64,000 nucleotides of DNA from the human T2T-CHM13v2.0 reference genome, Homo sapiens (GCF_009914755.1 NC_060931.1), one strand, 5' to 3'; counted from the stretch's first letter, positions 40,407 through 56,306 are shown. A program made the numbers and translations. Notes: generated from the letters alone by a model not told the origin.

Positions 40407-43400
40407 TTAATTTTATTTTAATTGCTCTAAAAGATTGTTATTCATCTATAAACAAATATAGTAGCAATGCGAGTTTATAGGATATATAAAATAAAATAAA
40501 AATTTCTGGTTTCAACTCCAATATGTAGAGAACTTAGAAGTTACCACTACTCCCCTTACAAGAACAAAATAAGTGAATAAATTGAAAACCACTGATTTTT
40601 ATTGAATCCATCAGAGAACCTCTTTGTAGGGCATACTGCCACACCAACATCTGGAGAGACAGGTGAATGCAGAGAATCACAGATGAGATGAATTTACCTA
40701 GAACAGGAACTACTTGAGCTGCAAACTGATAAGAACACTTATATGGTAACTTTGATGAATTGCTGAAGGCAGAATGTAGATTAGCATGAGAGTGATGGAT
40801 TTTGGGGGGTGACAGAGTATTGGGGATCCTCCACATTTTCATAGGTTTTGTTTCCAGGAATCCCATCAGTTTCTCACAGTGATAAGCCAAGAAAGAGCTC
40901 TCACATTTCTAGAAGTGGGAGGGAAAATGTAACCATTTTGAGATATGCCCAGAGCATTCTCCATAACAAAGTCTTATTCACCAGGGGAAAAGACTTTATT
41001 AGAGCCTATTCAGCTTGGAGGAAATTACCCAACTCCAGTCCTCTCTAGCCCTCTTGTCTCATGTGAGGGAGGAAAATGGGTTATAGCCCAGAGACACAGG
41101 TTCATTAAAGACTGAAATTTAATCATAGGATTATAGAATGTGTTTCTTCCTTCCACACTTCACTACCACATCAATGGGATTCCACTATAACAGTGGATCA
41201 CAGCTGAAGAAGCTTTAAATGGAAACCCAAAGACAACAATGGAAAAAGAACAACAACACAAAAAGGACTCTAAAGGAAATTGAAACCATGTACAGGAAAC
41301 ATTAAACATAGCCAACACCTAGCCAGATTAGCATAAACTCTCATAACAAAGGCCTTTTTACCTTAGTTCCTATTAATTGATACATCTTGTCTGGATTTTT
41401 TTTTAACTTGCAAGTAATGCTTAATGGCCAGAAACAAACATAATCTGAAGAAACAAAGTAAGCATAAGACCGGACTCAGATATGTCACAGAATTTAGAAT
41501 TATCAGAGAATTTAATATCACTATGATTAATATATGAATGAATCTAATGGAAGAAAGACAAAATTTAAGAGTAAATAGATAATATAAGCAGAGACAGGTA
41601 ATCTAAAAAAGAATCAAATGGAAATGCAATAAATAAATTTAAAAAACACTGCAACAGAAATACAGAATGCCTGTTATGAGCTCACCAGTAGACTGGATAT
41701 GGCCAAGAAAAGAATCAGTGAACTTGAAGATATGCCAATACAACTTCCCAAGCAGAAAGGCAAAGAGAAAAAATAACAATAATTAAAAAAAAACCAGAAC
41801 AACTCATCCAAGAAATGTGAGACAACTTCAAAAGGCATGATACATGCATAACTGGAATACCAGAAGGAAAAGAAAATAAGAACCAAGCAGAATAAATATT
41901 TGAAGTAATAATGACTGAGAATTTTCCAAAATTAGTGTCAGGCATCAAATCACAGATTCAGGAAGTTCAAAGAACACAAAACAGTATAAATACCAAAAAT
42001 CTTTACCTAGGAATATCATGTTAAAACTACAGGAAACCAAAGACAAGGAGAAGATCTTGAAGAAAGCCAGAGAAGGAAAATACAACTTACCTAAAAAGAA
42101 ACAATGATGAAAATTACATCAGACTTCCCATCAGAAACTATGCAAGCAAGAAGAAAGTGGAGTGAAATATTTAAAGTGTTGAAAGAAAAATCTTCACTAA
42201 TATACCATTATATCTGGCAAAATTATCTTTCAAAAGTGAAAGAGAAATAAAAACATTCTCATACAAATAAAAACTGGGGAAATTAATCAACAGCAGACTT
42301 TCCCTGCAAGAAATGTTTTTAAAAAGTAGTTCAGAGAGAAGGAAAATGATATAGGAAAAAAACTTTAATCTACATGAAGAAAGAAAGAGCATTGAAGAAG
42401 AAATAAATGAATTGATCAAATAAATAGCTATTGTAAATAAATTAATCAAATAAATAACTGTTTAAACTGAAAATAGTAACAATTACTGTGTGACTATAGT
42501 ATATGGATACATGAAATGAATGACAGCAATTTTTTAAGGGATGAATGGGAACAGAAAAAGAGGAAAATAAAAAAGAAACAAAGAACAAATGTAATGAACA
42601 GACAGTAGTTACAAACACAGTGGATATTAATACAACTATATAGCTCATCACTTTAAATGTGGTTTAAATAAACCAATTAAAAGTCAAAAATTGTTGGAGT
42701 GGACAAAACAAACAAACAAATAAGACCCAATCATACGTTCTCTAAAAGTTTCCCAATTTAAATACAAAGACAGGGTTGGACATGGTGACTCACATCAGTA
42801 ATGCCAGCAGAAAATGTAATCCAAATTGTCCTATACCGATTAAAGTAATTAAATTTCTTTTTAAAAATCTTTGAACAAAGTAAACTTCACACAGCGATGA
42901 CTTTAATTGCAAATTCTACTACACATTTAAGGAACAAATAAAACCAGTTCTACAGAAACTCAGAAAAACAAAAAAAGAGACACTTAACAAACTCATTTTA
43001 TTAGTTGAGCATTACACTGATTAAAAAAATACGTTTGAAAAACTTAAAAAAACTATAAAACAATATCCCTCATGAATATAGATATAAATTCTTGTCCTAA
43101 AATATTACCTAACTGAATCTATCAATATATAAAAAGGCCAATATATTATAATGAATTAGGGTCTATATCAGGAATGCTGGTTCAAATTTTCAACTTAAAA
43201 AATTTCATTTTGTTTCCAATTGGAAAAAATCTTCAATTTTTAAAACAAAAATCAATTAATGTAATTAAACTTATCAACTGATTAAACAAGAAACAAAACT
43301 TGGTTATCTTCATAGCTACAAAAACATTTAACAAAATGCATTATCTATCAATAATAGAAACTTCCAACAAATTAAAAATTAAAAGAAACTTTCTTAAACT

Positions 43401-44669
43401 GATTAAAATCATCTATTACAAAACTCTACAGCTAACATCATACTTAATAAAGTGAAAGAATCAATGCTTTACATCTGCTAGTGGGAGAATAAATAAGGAT
43501 ATTCACTGTCACTATTAATCATTGTACTGAAGATTCTATCCAGTACAAGATGATAAAAAAAAGAAGCAAAAACCACACAGATTAAAAATGAAAAACGAAA
43601 ACTGTCTCTATTATCAGACAATATGGAAAATCTACACATTCACTACTAGAACTAATATGTCAGTTTAGCAAGGTGGCAAGGTATGGATCAATACACAAAA
43701 ATCTGTTCTATTTATGCATACCTTCAATGAACAGTTAAAAATTGAACTTCACAAAAAGAGTGTAATTTATAGTACCATCAATAACATGAAATACATAGGT
43801 ATAAATCTAACAAAATAGGTGGTGGGTTTGTGTGCTAAAAACTACAAAACACTGATGAAAGAAATCAAAAGGGAACTAAATAAATAGATATATAGTGTTC
43901 GTGAATTAGAGGACTCAGTGTCATTAAGATGTAAATACACTCCTAATTTATCTATAGATTCAAGACAATGCCAATCAAAATCCCACCAAATTGTCTTTTT
44001 TTTTTGCATAGAAATTCACAAGCTGATCTAAAATTTATATGGAAAACAATGGATCTAGAATAGCCAAAACATTTTTGAATAAGAACTAAATTCAGAAGAT
44101 TCACACTATCTGATTTCAAGACTTATAAAACTCTAGTGATCAACAGAATAGGGTGTTATTTTTAAAAAAAGGATTGGCGCATTATTGATTATTGGAATAA
44201 AATAGAGATTCAAGGAATACACCAAGACATACAGGTTCAACAGATTTTTGACAGATTTCAAGGCAATTCAATGGGGAAAGCAGTCATTTCAGCCAATGGT
44301 ACTGGAACAACTGAATATCATGTAGAGAGAGGCGGAAAAAAAAACTTTTACCTATACCTTGCACCACATACAACATTAACTCAAAATGGATTGCAGACCT
44401 AAACGTAAGACCTAAAACGATACAATGCCTAGAATAAAAGATTAGCTAAAACCTTTGGGCTCTTGAGTTTGGTAAGGGTCTTTTTACATACTATACCAAA
44501 GCACCATCTGTAAGATTAAAATTTAATTAATTTAACCTCATTAAAATTTGAAAATTTGGCTGTTCAAAAGGGATAGTATTACCTGACCTCAAGAATTACT
44601 ATAAATCTACAATAATCAACATAGCATTTGTGTAAAGGTAGATAAATAGATTCATGAAACAACGTAATG

Positions 44670-44881
44670 CAAGAGTTTGCAAACTTTTCTTAAAGAGCCA
44701 TATAATCAATCTTTAGGCTTTGTGACCAGGAAACAAAATTGAGGCTATTAGGTAGGTATTTTACATAATCATTTGAAATGTAGCCATTTAAAAATGTAAA
44801 AGGCATTTTTAGTCCACGGGCATTAAAAATAGAGGCAGCTGATAAGACCTGGTGGACAGGTCATAGTTTGCCAACCCCTGA
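44670..44881. mobile_element. MER58B-like hAT MITE
   Basis: TIRs caagagtttgcaaact ... agtttgccaacccctg. Confidence 0.75.
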
Positions 44882-47538
44882 TATAGAAAGTCCAGAAATA
44901 AACCCACATAATATGGACAACTGATGTTTTATTTTTGTTTTTTATCTTTATAAAGATGCAAAGGCAATGCAGTGGAGAAAAGATAAACATTCTAACAAAT
45001 GATATTGAGAGAGTTGGCTGACTGTTCATATGCAAAAATATGACCTTGAATCCACAGCTCACACATATGCAAAAATTAAAATGGATCATGGACCTAAAGG
45101 TAAAACTTAAAACTATACAACTACCAAAAGAAAAGATAGAAGAATATCTACATGATCTTGGATTAGACAAAATTTTCTTAGATACGACACCAAAAGCACA
45201 ATTCATGAAAGAATACTCTAATAAATTATGTTCCATGAATTAAAAACATTTACTCTTTAGAAAATAGTTAAGAGAATGAGAAAACAAGCCACAGAGTGGA
45301 AGAAAATATTTGCGAAACATATATCTGACTTGTTTCCAGAATACCTAGAATACATAAACAACTCTAAAACTCAACAATAAGAAACAAGTGAGCCTAATAA
45401 AAAATGAACAAAATAATTTTACAGAAATTTTACCAATGATGATACATGGATGATAAATTAGAACATGAATAGATGTTCATCATTAGTCATAGTCAAAGTC
45501 ATAATAAGATACCACTGCCAACCTATCAAAGTGACTGAAATTAAGAAGGTCATTTAAATCAAGTGTTGTCAATTAAGTGGAGGAACTGAAACTCACACAG
45601 GGCTGGTGGGGATTTTGAAAGAGTATGACAGTGTCTGAAAATGCTAAACATTCACCTCCCATGTAATCCAGCCATGACATAATTAGTTATTTACCCAAGA
45701 CAAAAGAAATATATCCTTATACAAAGACTTGTACATGAATGTTCACAGTAGCTTTGTTTGTAATAACCTAAAAATGAAAGCCAAACCAAATGTTTATCAA
45801 TTAGTGAATGGATAAATTGTAACATACCTATACAATGAAATAGTACTAAGCAGTAAAACAAAATGAATTATTGGTACATGGAATAACATTGATATATTGC
45901 AAAATAATCATGTTTAATGAAAAAAGGCAGAAAAGAGTGTGCACTATATAATTTAATTTACATAAAATTTCAGAAAATGCAAAGCAATCTATAGTGATAG
46001 TGTATATTTATAGCAGTGCAATCTATAGTAAATTGTGTAATCTATAGTAACAGAGGTTGCTTGGGGATGGGAGGGAAGGTAGGAGTAGGACAGCAGATAA
46101 CAGTAGGAGGGATGGAGGAGTTAAAAAGAAGAATGAGACATTTTTGGAGATGAATATGTTCACTTTCTTTATTGTGATGATGTTTAATAGGTCTATACAG
46201 ATATCAAAAGTTTTCAAATTGTTGAGTTAAATATGGCCACTTTACTGTATGTCACTTATACCTCAATGGAGTTGTTTTAAAAACCTGCTCTCCAAAACGC
46301 ATGGCTAAACACATGAAAACACAAGTCACATATTGGGAGAAAATTTTGCAAAATGCAGATAATCACTTCCACTTCCACTAAGATAGAGTAGACTACTTTC
46401 TTCTATCCTTCCAATATGTGTAACTAAAAATCCTGGACATTATGTAGAAGACAAACATAAGAATACTCTGAAAGGTGGAAAGAAGGAGGCAGACCAGCTA
46501 AAGATCTTGGGACCTAAGGAACACCACCATAGTGAGTTCCCTGGGTTTTCTTTTTGCCTTATCTATTACATACTTGGAGATAAGGAAACTGGCAAGCTAG
46601 AAACTTGAGTTGAAGCAGACAAAAATAGCCATGACAAAAGCCTGCTCTCTCTAGCCAAGTACTAAAAAAGGAGCAACCTGGCAAGATGTGAAGCTTTTAG
46701 ACAATAACTACTCTACTCCAACCAAACACCACACAAGAGTACTGTAACCCCACTGCTACCAATGTCAGTAAAGGCCGAGTGGGAGCCTACACTTCCACCT
46801 TGGTAAGGCTGTAATGAAGCACCAACATGACAACGGAGGTGGTGTCAGAAGAGACCAAACAAGAAGCCGGAACTTTCATGTTTGCCAGCTTGTAATGAAT
46901 CCCCCCATCCCACCATGGTGTCAGTGGAGGCTAAAGGGCGGTCTAGACTTCCACTCTTGCCTGTTAATAACAAGGAATCTCTTTCTTTCCTCTACTGAGT
47001 TGGAGAACAAAGAGGCCTAGTGGAGAGTCAGGCCTTTCACATTGCCCACTACTAACAAGGTCAACTCAGCCCTGTTAGTGGAGACCACACAGGGAGTTGC
47101 TGTATGAATGTATTCAGGTTTAAACAGAAAATCCCTTGTCAGGGAAGAGTCGGAAAGATATCAAATTGTATGAAAAAACAATAATCTATAGATGTCAACA
47201 TTTATTTTTCAGCTCTGTTGTTTGGTGAATACTCATTTAGGATTGTTAAATCTTCTTGGAGGATTGACCTTTTTATCATTAGGTAACTATCCCTTTCTGT
47301 CTCTATTAATGTTCTTTGCTCTGAAGTCTATTTAGTATTGTATAATGTTAATAGAGGTTGGGAAGAGAGTACAGGTAGAGAATGTGGGTGTGGATGTGTT
47401 ACAGAAGGGCAACATAGAGATCCTTCTGTTGATAGAAATGTATTTTTACTGTATAAGTGTCAATATCCTAGTTGCTATACTGTACTATAGCTTTGCAACA
47501 TATTATAATTATGGAGAATTGAGTAAAGAGACACATAG

Positions 47539-48158
<620 letters not shown>

Positions 48159-49929
48159 TAAGGGTTTTACCCTATTGGTGTCCCAGTTTTATGCAGTGGT
48201 ATCCTATATGACTTTAGTCTTATGGAGGCCTGAAGGTTTGCTTCTTGCAAACGTCCTGTGAGGCCACCAGATAAAAAATTCTGAAATTCCTCACTTGATT
48301 ATCTTGTTCACTACTTTTTGTCTTCTGAATTTTTTTGATACCTTTCTACCTTAACTTTAAAATTTTCAGCTTGCAAATTTAGGAATTTCTTTTTCAGGAA
48401 AGTGAAAGTTTGTTTTTAATTATTTTATCTAGAGTTTTTGTGTTTTTTTCCCTTAAAAGTATGTGTATATTTTTTTCTTTTTCTTTTCCTTTTTTCTTTC
48501 TTCTGTCATACTGCCAGAAATAAGAGTATTTCCACAGTACTATTAAGTAGTATATATTTAGTCTCATACAGTATGAGGGGGAGATTGAGAACCAAGAATC
48601 ATGAATAGTACCTAGGTTCTATTCTTTACTAGCTATGTGATCCCCAATACTTTTCTCTTTTTCCTGTGTGTCATCTTTTCCTGGTAAAGAATGAAGGGCA
48701 TGGGCTAAATGATATCTAAATCCTCATCGCTTAAAACTTGTACTGTTTCAATATTGTGGTATATTAGAACAACCACTGGCCTGGGAATCTGGAGTCCTGA
48801 CTTGGTTCTTCTGCTTTCTAGCTTTCAGCTTTTAGACATGCCACTTTACTTTCTGAGTCATCATTTATTTGTCCACACACAAGAAAACAAAAGTGATAGT
48901 ATCTACTTGACAAGATTGTTGTCAACATTAAATTAGACATTATTTATAAAACTTCTTGGCATGTAAGAGGTGACGATTAAGTCTTAGGAAGATCCACGTA
49001 TACAGAATTCAAGGATCTCTCAGGTCCATTTACTGTTCCAAAAATCTATGATGTCAACTAAAGTTAGTGCTTAAAAAAGAAACGTTTTGCTGCAATTCTG
49101 ACATGCACTCTCTAGAGGTCTCCATTACCAAACAAATCAATGTATGTTTTACTGTTGGTTATGGAAGTTCAGAAATGAAATCTATCAATCTCTTGTAAGA
49201 TTCAACATTGTCCAAAGAGATTTTTTTTTTTGCGCTTTCTACATCGTATGATTTTTCTGGTCATATTTGCTCTCTTCTCTTTCAGGTTGCTGAAGAAGAA
49301 TCTTACTCTAGGGCTCACTAGCAACTTTGGACTGGTGATGTATAAGACATTATATATTTCTGGGGTTTTTTTTTTGCTTTTTTTATTTACAAAAGGTGAA
49401 TTTAGTTGTTTCTCTCTCATTCCCTTAGTTCAAAAATGATTAGCCCCAGATATTGCCCTATTCTTTTCCAAATTCTGGTTATACATCAAAATAAACAACC
49501 AAACAAAAACATAGGGTTAGGGGAGATTGGATGAAAGAAAGAAGAAGATGAAAGAAAGAAGAAAAAAACATTCAAAGGCAATGTTTTTCTTAACTGCTGT
49601 TCCCTTCAGTAAGATATATATTTCAGGCTGTGTCCACAGCACACACATATTTAACTAAAACAAACATTTGACAAAGCAATAGTTATCCTTACAGAGGGAT
49701 ATGACACTTTTATATTTCCTGTTCTAGTCTATCCTTTTTAATGGTGCTTTTGACACACTAATTAAGTCCATAAACCACGAAGGGATACCACCAATGGTTT
49801 GAAAATGATATCTTAAGGAGATGCAAAAATGTGAAAAGAGGGAGTTTCGTTTCATATGTAATACGTACTAACTGACCTAGACTTTGTGAAAGTGGTAAAA
49901 AAAATCACAGTGTGATTTCATTTCTATAA

Positions 49930-50310
<381 letters not shown>

Positions 50311-50311
50311 T

Positions 50312-50846
50312 GTGCTTTCTTTTTCAATCGAGGTTAGAGTTGGCCATGAGGGAACTTATATAAGATTTGGAAGGCAGAAGCAAAAGAGCAGCCATTACTC
50401 TCAGAAGGTCACTGTGGTTGGATATGGTGTTGGCCAATAGGTCAAACCTCCATGTCCATCTGCTCTTTCTTATGTCTTGCCCTGATATCCAATAGCAGCC
50501 ACAGCTGATCAAAAGATGCTTGGCTACGGATCCACAGAGAGGTGGTTATGCAGAGGTAATAGCTTCCCATGCATAGCCTTCCACACGAGCTCCTGTTCTT
50601 GATCCCGCTTTGCTAGTTGAACATGCCTGCTGCTCAAATTTCCGTGCGAGCCTAGGGTTTGGCTTGCCTACACCACTGCTCCTAGGCACTCTGGCTAGGG
50701 ACTTTGCTATCTGACTCCTCTTCCAGACTTTTGCTTCTCCAGTACTGCCCACATTTTTGTAAGATCTAATTCCTACTAAAAAAAAATTCCTCTTTCCATA
50801 ATTCTTATCATGATTCTGCTTCTTTCACTGAATCCTGGATGATACA
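50312..50846 (+). mobile_element. MLT2-like (ERVL) LTR
   Basis: 3' end aattcctctttccata...ttctgcttctttcactgaatcctggatgataca. Confidence 0.55.
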
Positions 50847-50984
50847 GATAAGTATCAATCAGTCAACAGTAGTTACCTCTGAAAACGGAAATAAAAGTGA
50901 TTAAAAAAAAAACCATAAAGAAGGCTGCAGACTTTTCTTTGTAGATTTCTAAATTATTTGAAGTTTTACAATAAAAAATGTACT

Positions 50985-51354
50985 ATTAAATCAAGTTTAG
51001 TCTAATGCTTCTCCTTACATATCTTAAGTTCAGCCTAAAGGTTTTTCTGTATATAGTAAACTATAACTTAAATGGAGACTGTAACCTACTCTTATGCCAA
51101 TCACTGAGTTTTGGCCAATCAAAGGGGACCAATCGTTCAAACCGTGTTCAAATAAGGTAAACGCTAAGCTATAATCAATCCGACTGTTTCTGTATCTCAC
51201 TTTTCCTTTACCTGTCTATAAATCTTCTTCCACCACATGGCTGCCCTGGAGTCTCTGAGCCTACTCTAGCTCCTGAGGCTGCCCGATTCTCAAATCGCTC
51301 TTTGGTTAATTGAACTCTGTCAAGTTTAATCTGGCTAAGGTTTTTCTTTGAGCA
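50985..51354 (+). mobile_element. MER57-family ERV1 solo LTR
   Basis: ttaaatcaagtttagtctaa...ccttacatatcttaagttcagcctaaaggttt...gccaatcactgagttttggccaatcaaagg. Confidence 0.8.
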
Positions 51355-52006
51355 GTACTTATATATTACCTACATGATCAAAAGAAAAAATGAGAAAAAA
51401 GGAAAAGGATGTTTTAAAGATACTAAAGCACACCCAGAAACAGAAAAACAAAGTAGAACATAAAATTGCCATTTTCCAAATGTCCAAAAATGGATGTAAG
51501 TGACTTTTATATTCAGGTAAGTGACTGTAAAAGTAGTTGTGAAAAAAAAGATAACTGTTCTCAACTTTCCAAAAATTCAGTATCCTGGGGGAAAATGTGG
51601 GAGCAATGTGCCAGAGCCATGTTCTTCTGTCCTTAAAGTGCATAGAGATCACCTTGAGATTTGGTTCAAAAGTTGATTTTGATTCAATAGGTTTGGGGAG
51701 GGCCTCAAATTCTGCATTTCAAATCAATTTCCACTTGGTGTTGATAATATTGATTCACGAATCACACTTTGAGTAGCAAAATCCAAGGAAGCTGAAGAGA
51801 CATAAAACCCAAATGCAATGCGTGAACTTAGATTGTTTATTGTTTCAAGAGGGAGAATAAAGCAATAAAAGTCATTTGGAGGACAATTATAATAGAAAAG
51901 TTAGAATGTGGACTGGACATTATAAAATATCATAACATTAATTTTGGGGGATAATATTACTATGATTCTATACAAGAATGTTCTTTTTAAGAAATATATT
52001 CTCCCA

Positions 52007-52372
<366 letters not shown>

Positions 52373-52496
52373 TCAGTTAGTTTAAAAATGCATAATTAAT
52401 TTAGTAATTATTTTTTCCTAAATACAAAGAAGTGAAGAAACAGAGGCAGAGAATGATAAGTAAATGGCTCCAAATAACCAGTAGTTGGAGGTGTAG

Positions 52497-53181
52497 TGTA
52501 AGGTGCTACTTTGGAAATGACGATTTTGAATTCTTCATGATCCAAGTGTTCCTAGAACACTGCAACAGCTGAGAACTGCCCCCATCCTCCAAGTTCCAGA
52601 AAAAGGCTTACTGCAAAGAATTACCCTTCCCCAAACTTAGATAAGACTCCCTTGCTTACCTATGACAAGACACAAGTTCTCCATATTCCCATTTTTAATC
52701 TTATAAAAGATATAATAGCTGAACTGTTTTCCCCACTGACCAACTTTCTGCATCATATGATTTTCTGATTTGATCAACTGAGCAAAGTGCTGCTAACTTA
52801 CTTTGACCAAGGAAAGTTTAGTCAGGCTTCTCTCCTTCCTGCAGACCTCTAAACTTTGTCCCCTGGGAGGTTAAGCAAGCATTGGAATTTGGAACAATTC
52901 CATATAACAACCCCTCTGGACCTCAGAGAATTGATACTTCCAGCTCACCTCTCTGATCACGACACCTGCTTGTCCTATTCCCCTTCTCCCAGTTCTTTGT
53001 AGCCTTGTTTACTCTTCCTTATAAAACAAAAGCCCTTTCTGCCTGACCATCGAGAGGCATATGGACCTTACAGTTAAGCATTTTCTCCATTGATTTCAAT
53101 AGTTCTCCTCTTCCTATTGCAATAGTCTTTTTGAATAAAGTCACTGCTGACTTAGGTCCAGATGTGTTTTTTCATTTGACA
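52497..53181 (+). mobile_element. ERV1 solo LTR (MER34/MER39-like)
   Basis: TG...tttgaCA ends; ataagactcc...cttacctatgacaag; tataaaa; aataaagtc poly(A) signal. Confidence 0.6.
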
Positions 53182-53509
53182 GAAGTCTAAAGTGGGAGAG
53201 AGACGTCGCTCTGAATAAGTAAGAAGTCAGAGAAGGGGCGCAGGCAGGGAGTTGACAAGGCAGGGAGAGCCTTGGAGCAAGGACACAGGAGTCTCAGGAG
53301 CTGAATGCGACAACGGAGAAGGTCCCTGGAAGGGATTCTGATGACTGCTCAGGTGACCCTTCTGCATGACTCTGAAGTGTAACCTCAAAAATCATGTCGT
53401 GCATGGGGTAACTGGATTTCATCTGGAAAGTGGTGAAGGGGCTGATTGGTACCAAGCTGAGTATCTGGCTGAAACAGAAGCAGTGGGCAGACAGTGGCCA
53501 TTAACAATA

Positions 53510-54470
53510 CTGATAGCTAGTAGTTATCGAACTTGGGGAGTGTGCTAGGAGCTGGATGATGAACTTCAGATACTTCATTTCAAATCCATACAACTCTAAA
53601 AAATGGGCTTCATGATCCATATTTCACACCTGAAAGAATAATATTCCAGAGGCTATTAAATGCCTTCACTGAAAAATACAACTAGTAAGTGGGAAGCACT
53701 TTTCCTGGATGCCCTAAATTAAACATACCTTTGCTTGCAGTAGTTCCATCAGTGTTTATGGAACTTCTTTGTCTAACAACTCTAATGGGAAATCCATGAT
53801 CACCCACCTCCAGCTATGTTCCAGCTATAGTGCTCTTCTGCTCAGCAAATAAACTAACAAATTCTCAGTTTGTCCTGCAGGTGCCACCCTTGCCATGAGA
53901 TAGGTCCCCTGAGTGCTCAGGCATTCATGACTCAGGACTGCAATTGATCAGAAATTCTCAAAGAAGAAAGAAGCCTAATCATCTAATGTATGAAACCTAC
54001 GTTTCAGGATCATGACCCTCACATATGGATTTACAGTTTCCTAGATCCAATAATTAATTAGAATTATTCCTTTTTTATATTTTGTTTTTAAAGTATTTGA
54101 TCTATTTTTGAGTAGATAATACATTTATATGGTTCTTAATTCAAAACATATAAAAATATACAGTGGAAAAAACTCTCTTCTACCACTGTCACCCATTTGC
54201 CTAGTTTTTATGACCCAAATAGAAAAACGACTATTATTAGTTTCTTGTGTATCTTCCCTGAGTAATTTTATGCATATACAACCAAATATAAATATATATT
54301 GCTTTGCCATATTGTTCTACACGAATATTATACAAGCTGTTTTGCAACTTCTCAACATTAATATATCTTATAAATCTTTATTTTTAAACAACTGCATGGT
54401 ATTTTATTATATGGCCAAATTATAATTCGTTTAATCAGTACTCTATATTTTAGGTTGATTTTAATCTCTG
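53510..54470. repeat. Inverted sixth copy of the array unit (MIR - core - L1ME 3')
   Basis: Antisense MIR at ~53515-53695; core at ~53860-54010 (gcaattgatcagaaattctc...gaagcc); antisense L1ME 3' at ~54090-54470; mirror image of the units at 13-25 kb. Confidence 0.8.
53871..53889 (+). promoter_or_regulatory. Conserved core motif copy 7 (forward)
   Basis: TGTCCTGCAGGTGCCACCC; 31/32 identical to copy 5 over aaattctcaNtttgtcctgcaggtgccaccct. Confidence 0.55.
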
Positions 54471-54542
54471 GTCTGGCACCGTTCCCAACACTTTACTTGT
54501 ATTAGCCCATTTAAGCTAAACCACAATTCTATAAAGTACCAT

Positions 54543-54874
54543 CAAGCACTGCATAACAACATTCTGTCAATGGCAGACCGCATATAGGATGGTAGTCCCA
54601 TATGATTATAATACTGTATTTTTACTGTACCTCTTCTATGTTTAGATACACAAATACTTACCATCGTATTACAATTGCCTACAGTATTCACTACAGTAAC
54701 ATGGTTTACAGGTTTGTAGCCGAGGAGCAATAGGCTCTACCATACAGCTTAAGTGTGTAATAGGCTATACCTATTAGTAGGTACCACTCTGTGATGTTTG
54801 CACAACAACTAAGTCACCTAGCAATGCATTTCTCTTCAGAATGTATCCTCATGATTAAACAATGCCTGACTGTA
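54543..54874. mobile_element. Tigger3/Golem-type DNA transposon
   Basis: gcataacaacattctgtcaatggcagaccgcatat...cccatatgattataatactgtatttttactgtacc...tgactgta. Confidence 0.85.
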
Positions 54875-55402
54875 TGCATTTTTATTATCATCATTTGATA
54901 GATGAAGAGAAAAAGGCAAGGAAAAGTCAGACAATTGGCCCAAGATCACCCAGCCAGTAAGTGGTGGATCCAGAATAGCAAATGAGAGAAGACAGGGAGT
55001 TAGCAATACTTGAGGGTTGGTGCCCTGTGATTCTTCAGATGAGGGTGGGGTTCAGGATGGGAAGCCATGGACTGCCTCCCACCACCACACAGGAGAGGAT
55101 GATCTATCTTCCAAAGATACTGTCCCTCTAGCCTGGGGATTTCCAGATTTCAGGACCCAGTCCATGGGTCTGGATGTAGATGTGTGAGGTTGTGTCAAAG
55201 AAGAGAGGAAAATAACCTCTCAGAATGGAACACGCTGAGATTCAAAGTAAAACAAGAAATTAAATGCCTCAGAGTACCTAGGGAATCTGCCCAACCTCAC
55301 AACTCATCTATTGAGAGAAGTGGATGTGGTGGAAGAAAGCATCCCAGGCTACAAGCAGCCACTCTTTTTAAGGAGACCAGCTTTTTATCATTATCTTTAT
55401 TT

Positions 55403-55434
55403 TGTACTTCACACCAAGGCCAAAAGATGGCACC
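55403..55434 (+). promoter_or_regulatory. Candidate CTCF motif with an upstream (ZF9-11)-like module
   Basis: TGTACTTCAcaccaagg CCAAAAGATGGCACC; core plus a TGCAGTNCC-like upstream module at plausible spacing. Confidence 0.35.
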
Positions 55435-55877
55435 TCTTGCCTCAGGTTTCTCTTCTGCCATGTTCCATCATCAGCCTTGTTGCTCTGGTATCTCTCTGCT
55501 AACTCTCTCAGACAAATCTTGCCTTCTTGACCCCACTGACCTTCATTATGCCACCTCAGTTGGACTGCTGCTAGCACATATGGTGCCTTTGTGCAAATTA
55601 GAGTCACAGCTGGATGTGCCGTAGGTCTGGGATCCAGAAAAATGAAGCTGTTCCTTTCTCTGCTCCTTGGTCTTTCTTTTTATGGGATGAGCATGAAAAC
55701 AACCTTGCATTTTGGCCAGCTCCTTTATGTGCAGCCTGGCAGCACTTTGCCTCAGGCCTGCCCCTCACACTGGATTATTTCCTGCCCAAGGCTTTTTTTA
55801 ATTGGTCTATTATCATAGTAAACTGGATGGGAAACTGCTGAGCACTCATGTATGTATAACTCAAAAACGTAGGTCAG

Positions 55878-56306
55878 TGTGATGGTTAATTATATGTGTT
55901 AACTTGCCCAGGCCACTGTATCCAGATATCTGGTCACACAACGTAAAATTCTGTTTCTGTGAAGATACTGTTTAAGATAAGGTTAGCGTTTAAATCTGTA
56001 GACTTTGAGTAAAGGAGATTGCCTTCCATAATGAGGGAGGGTATCATCCAATCAGTTGAAGACCTTAATAGAAAAAAACTAACCTCCCCCATAAAAGAGG
56101 GAATTCTGCCAGCAGATAAACTTTGGACTCAAACTGAAGCATTAAGTCTTCCCTGGGATTTTGGACTTTCCAGCTTCCCAATTGCCTGAGTCAATTCCTC
56201 AAAATAAATCTCTCTCTCTCTCCGTCTACCTAGAGAGATGTGTGTGTGAGTGTGTGTGTGTGTGTGTGTGCATGTGGTGTGTTCTCTGAAGAACCCTGAA
56301 TAATCA
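55878..56306 (+). mobile_element. MLT2 solo LTR with a (TG)n microsatellite
   Basis: tgtgatggttaattatatgtgttaacttg...catccaatcagttgaagaccttaatagaa...ttctctgaagaaccctgaataatca. Confidence 0.9.

Noticed and set aside
40505-41510. Similarity to 62403-63810
   Set aside because: Explained by two copies of the same old L1 5'UTR family rather than a locus-specific duplication.
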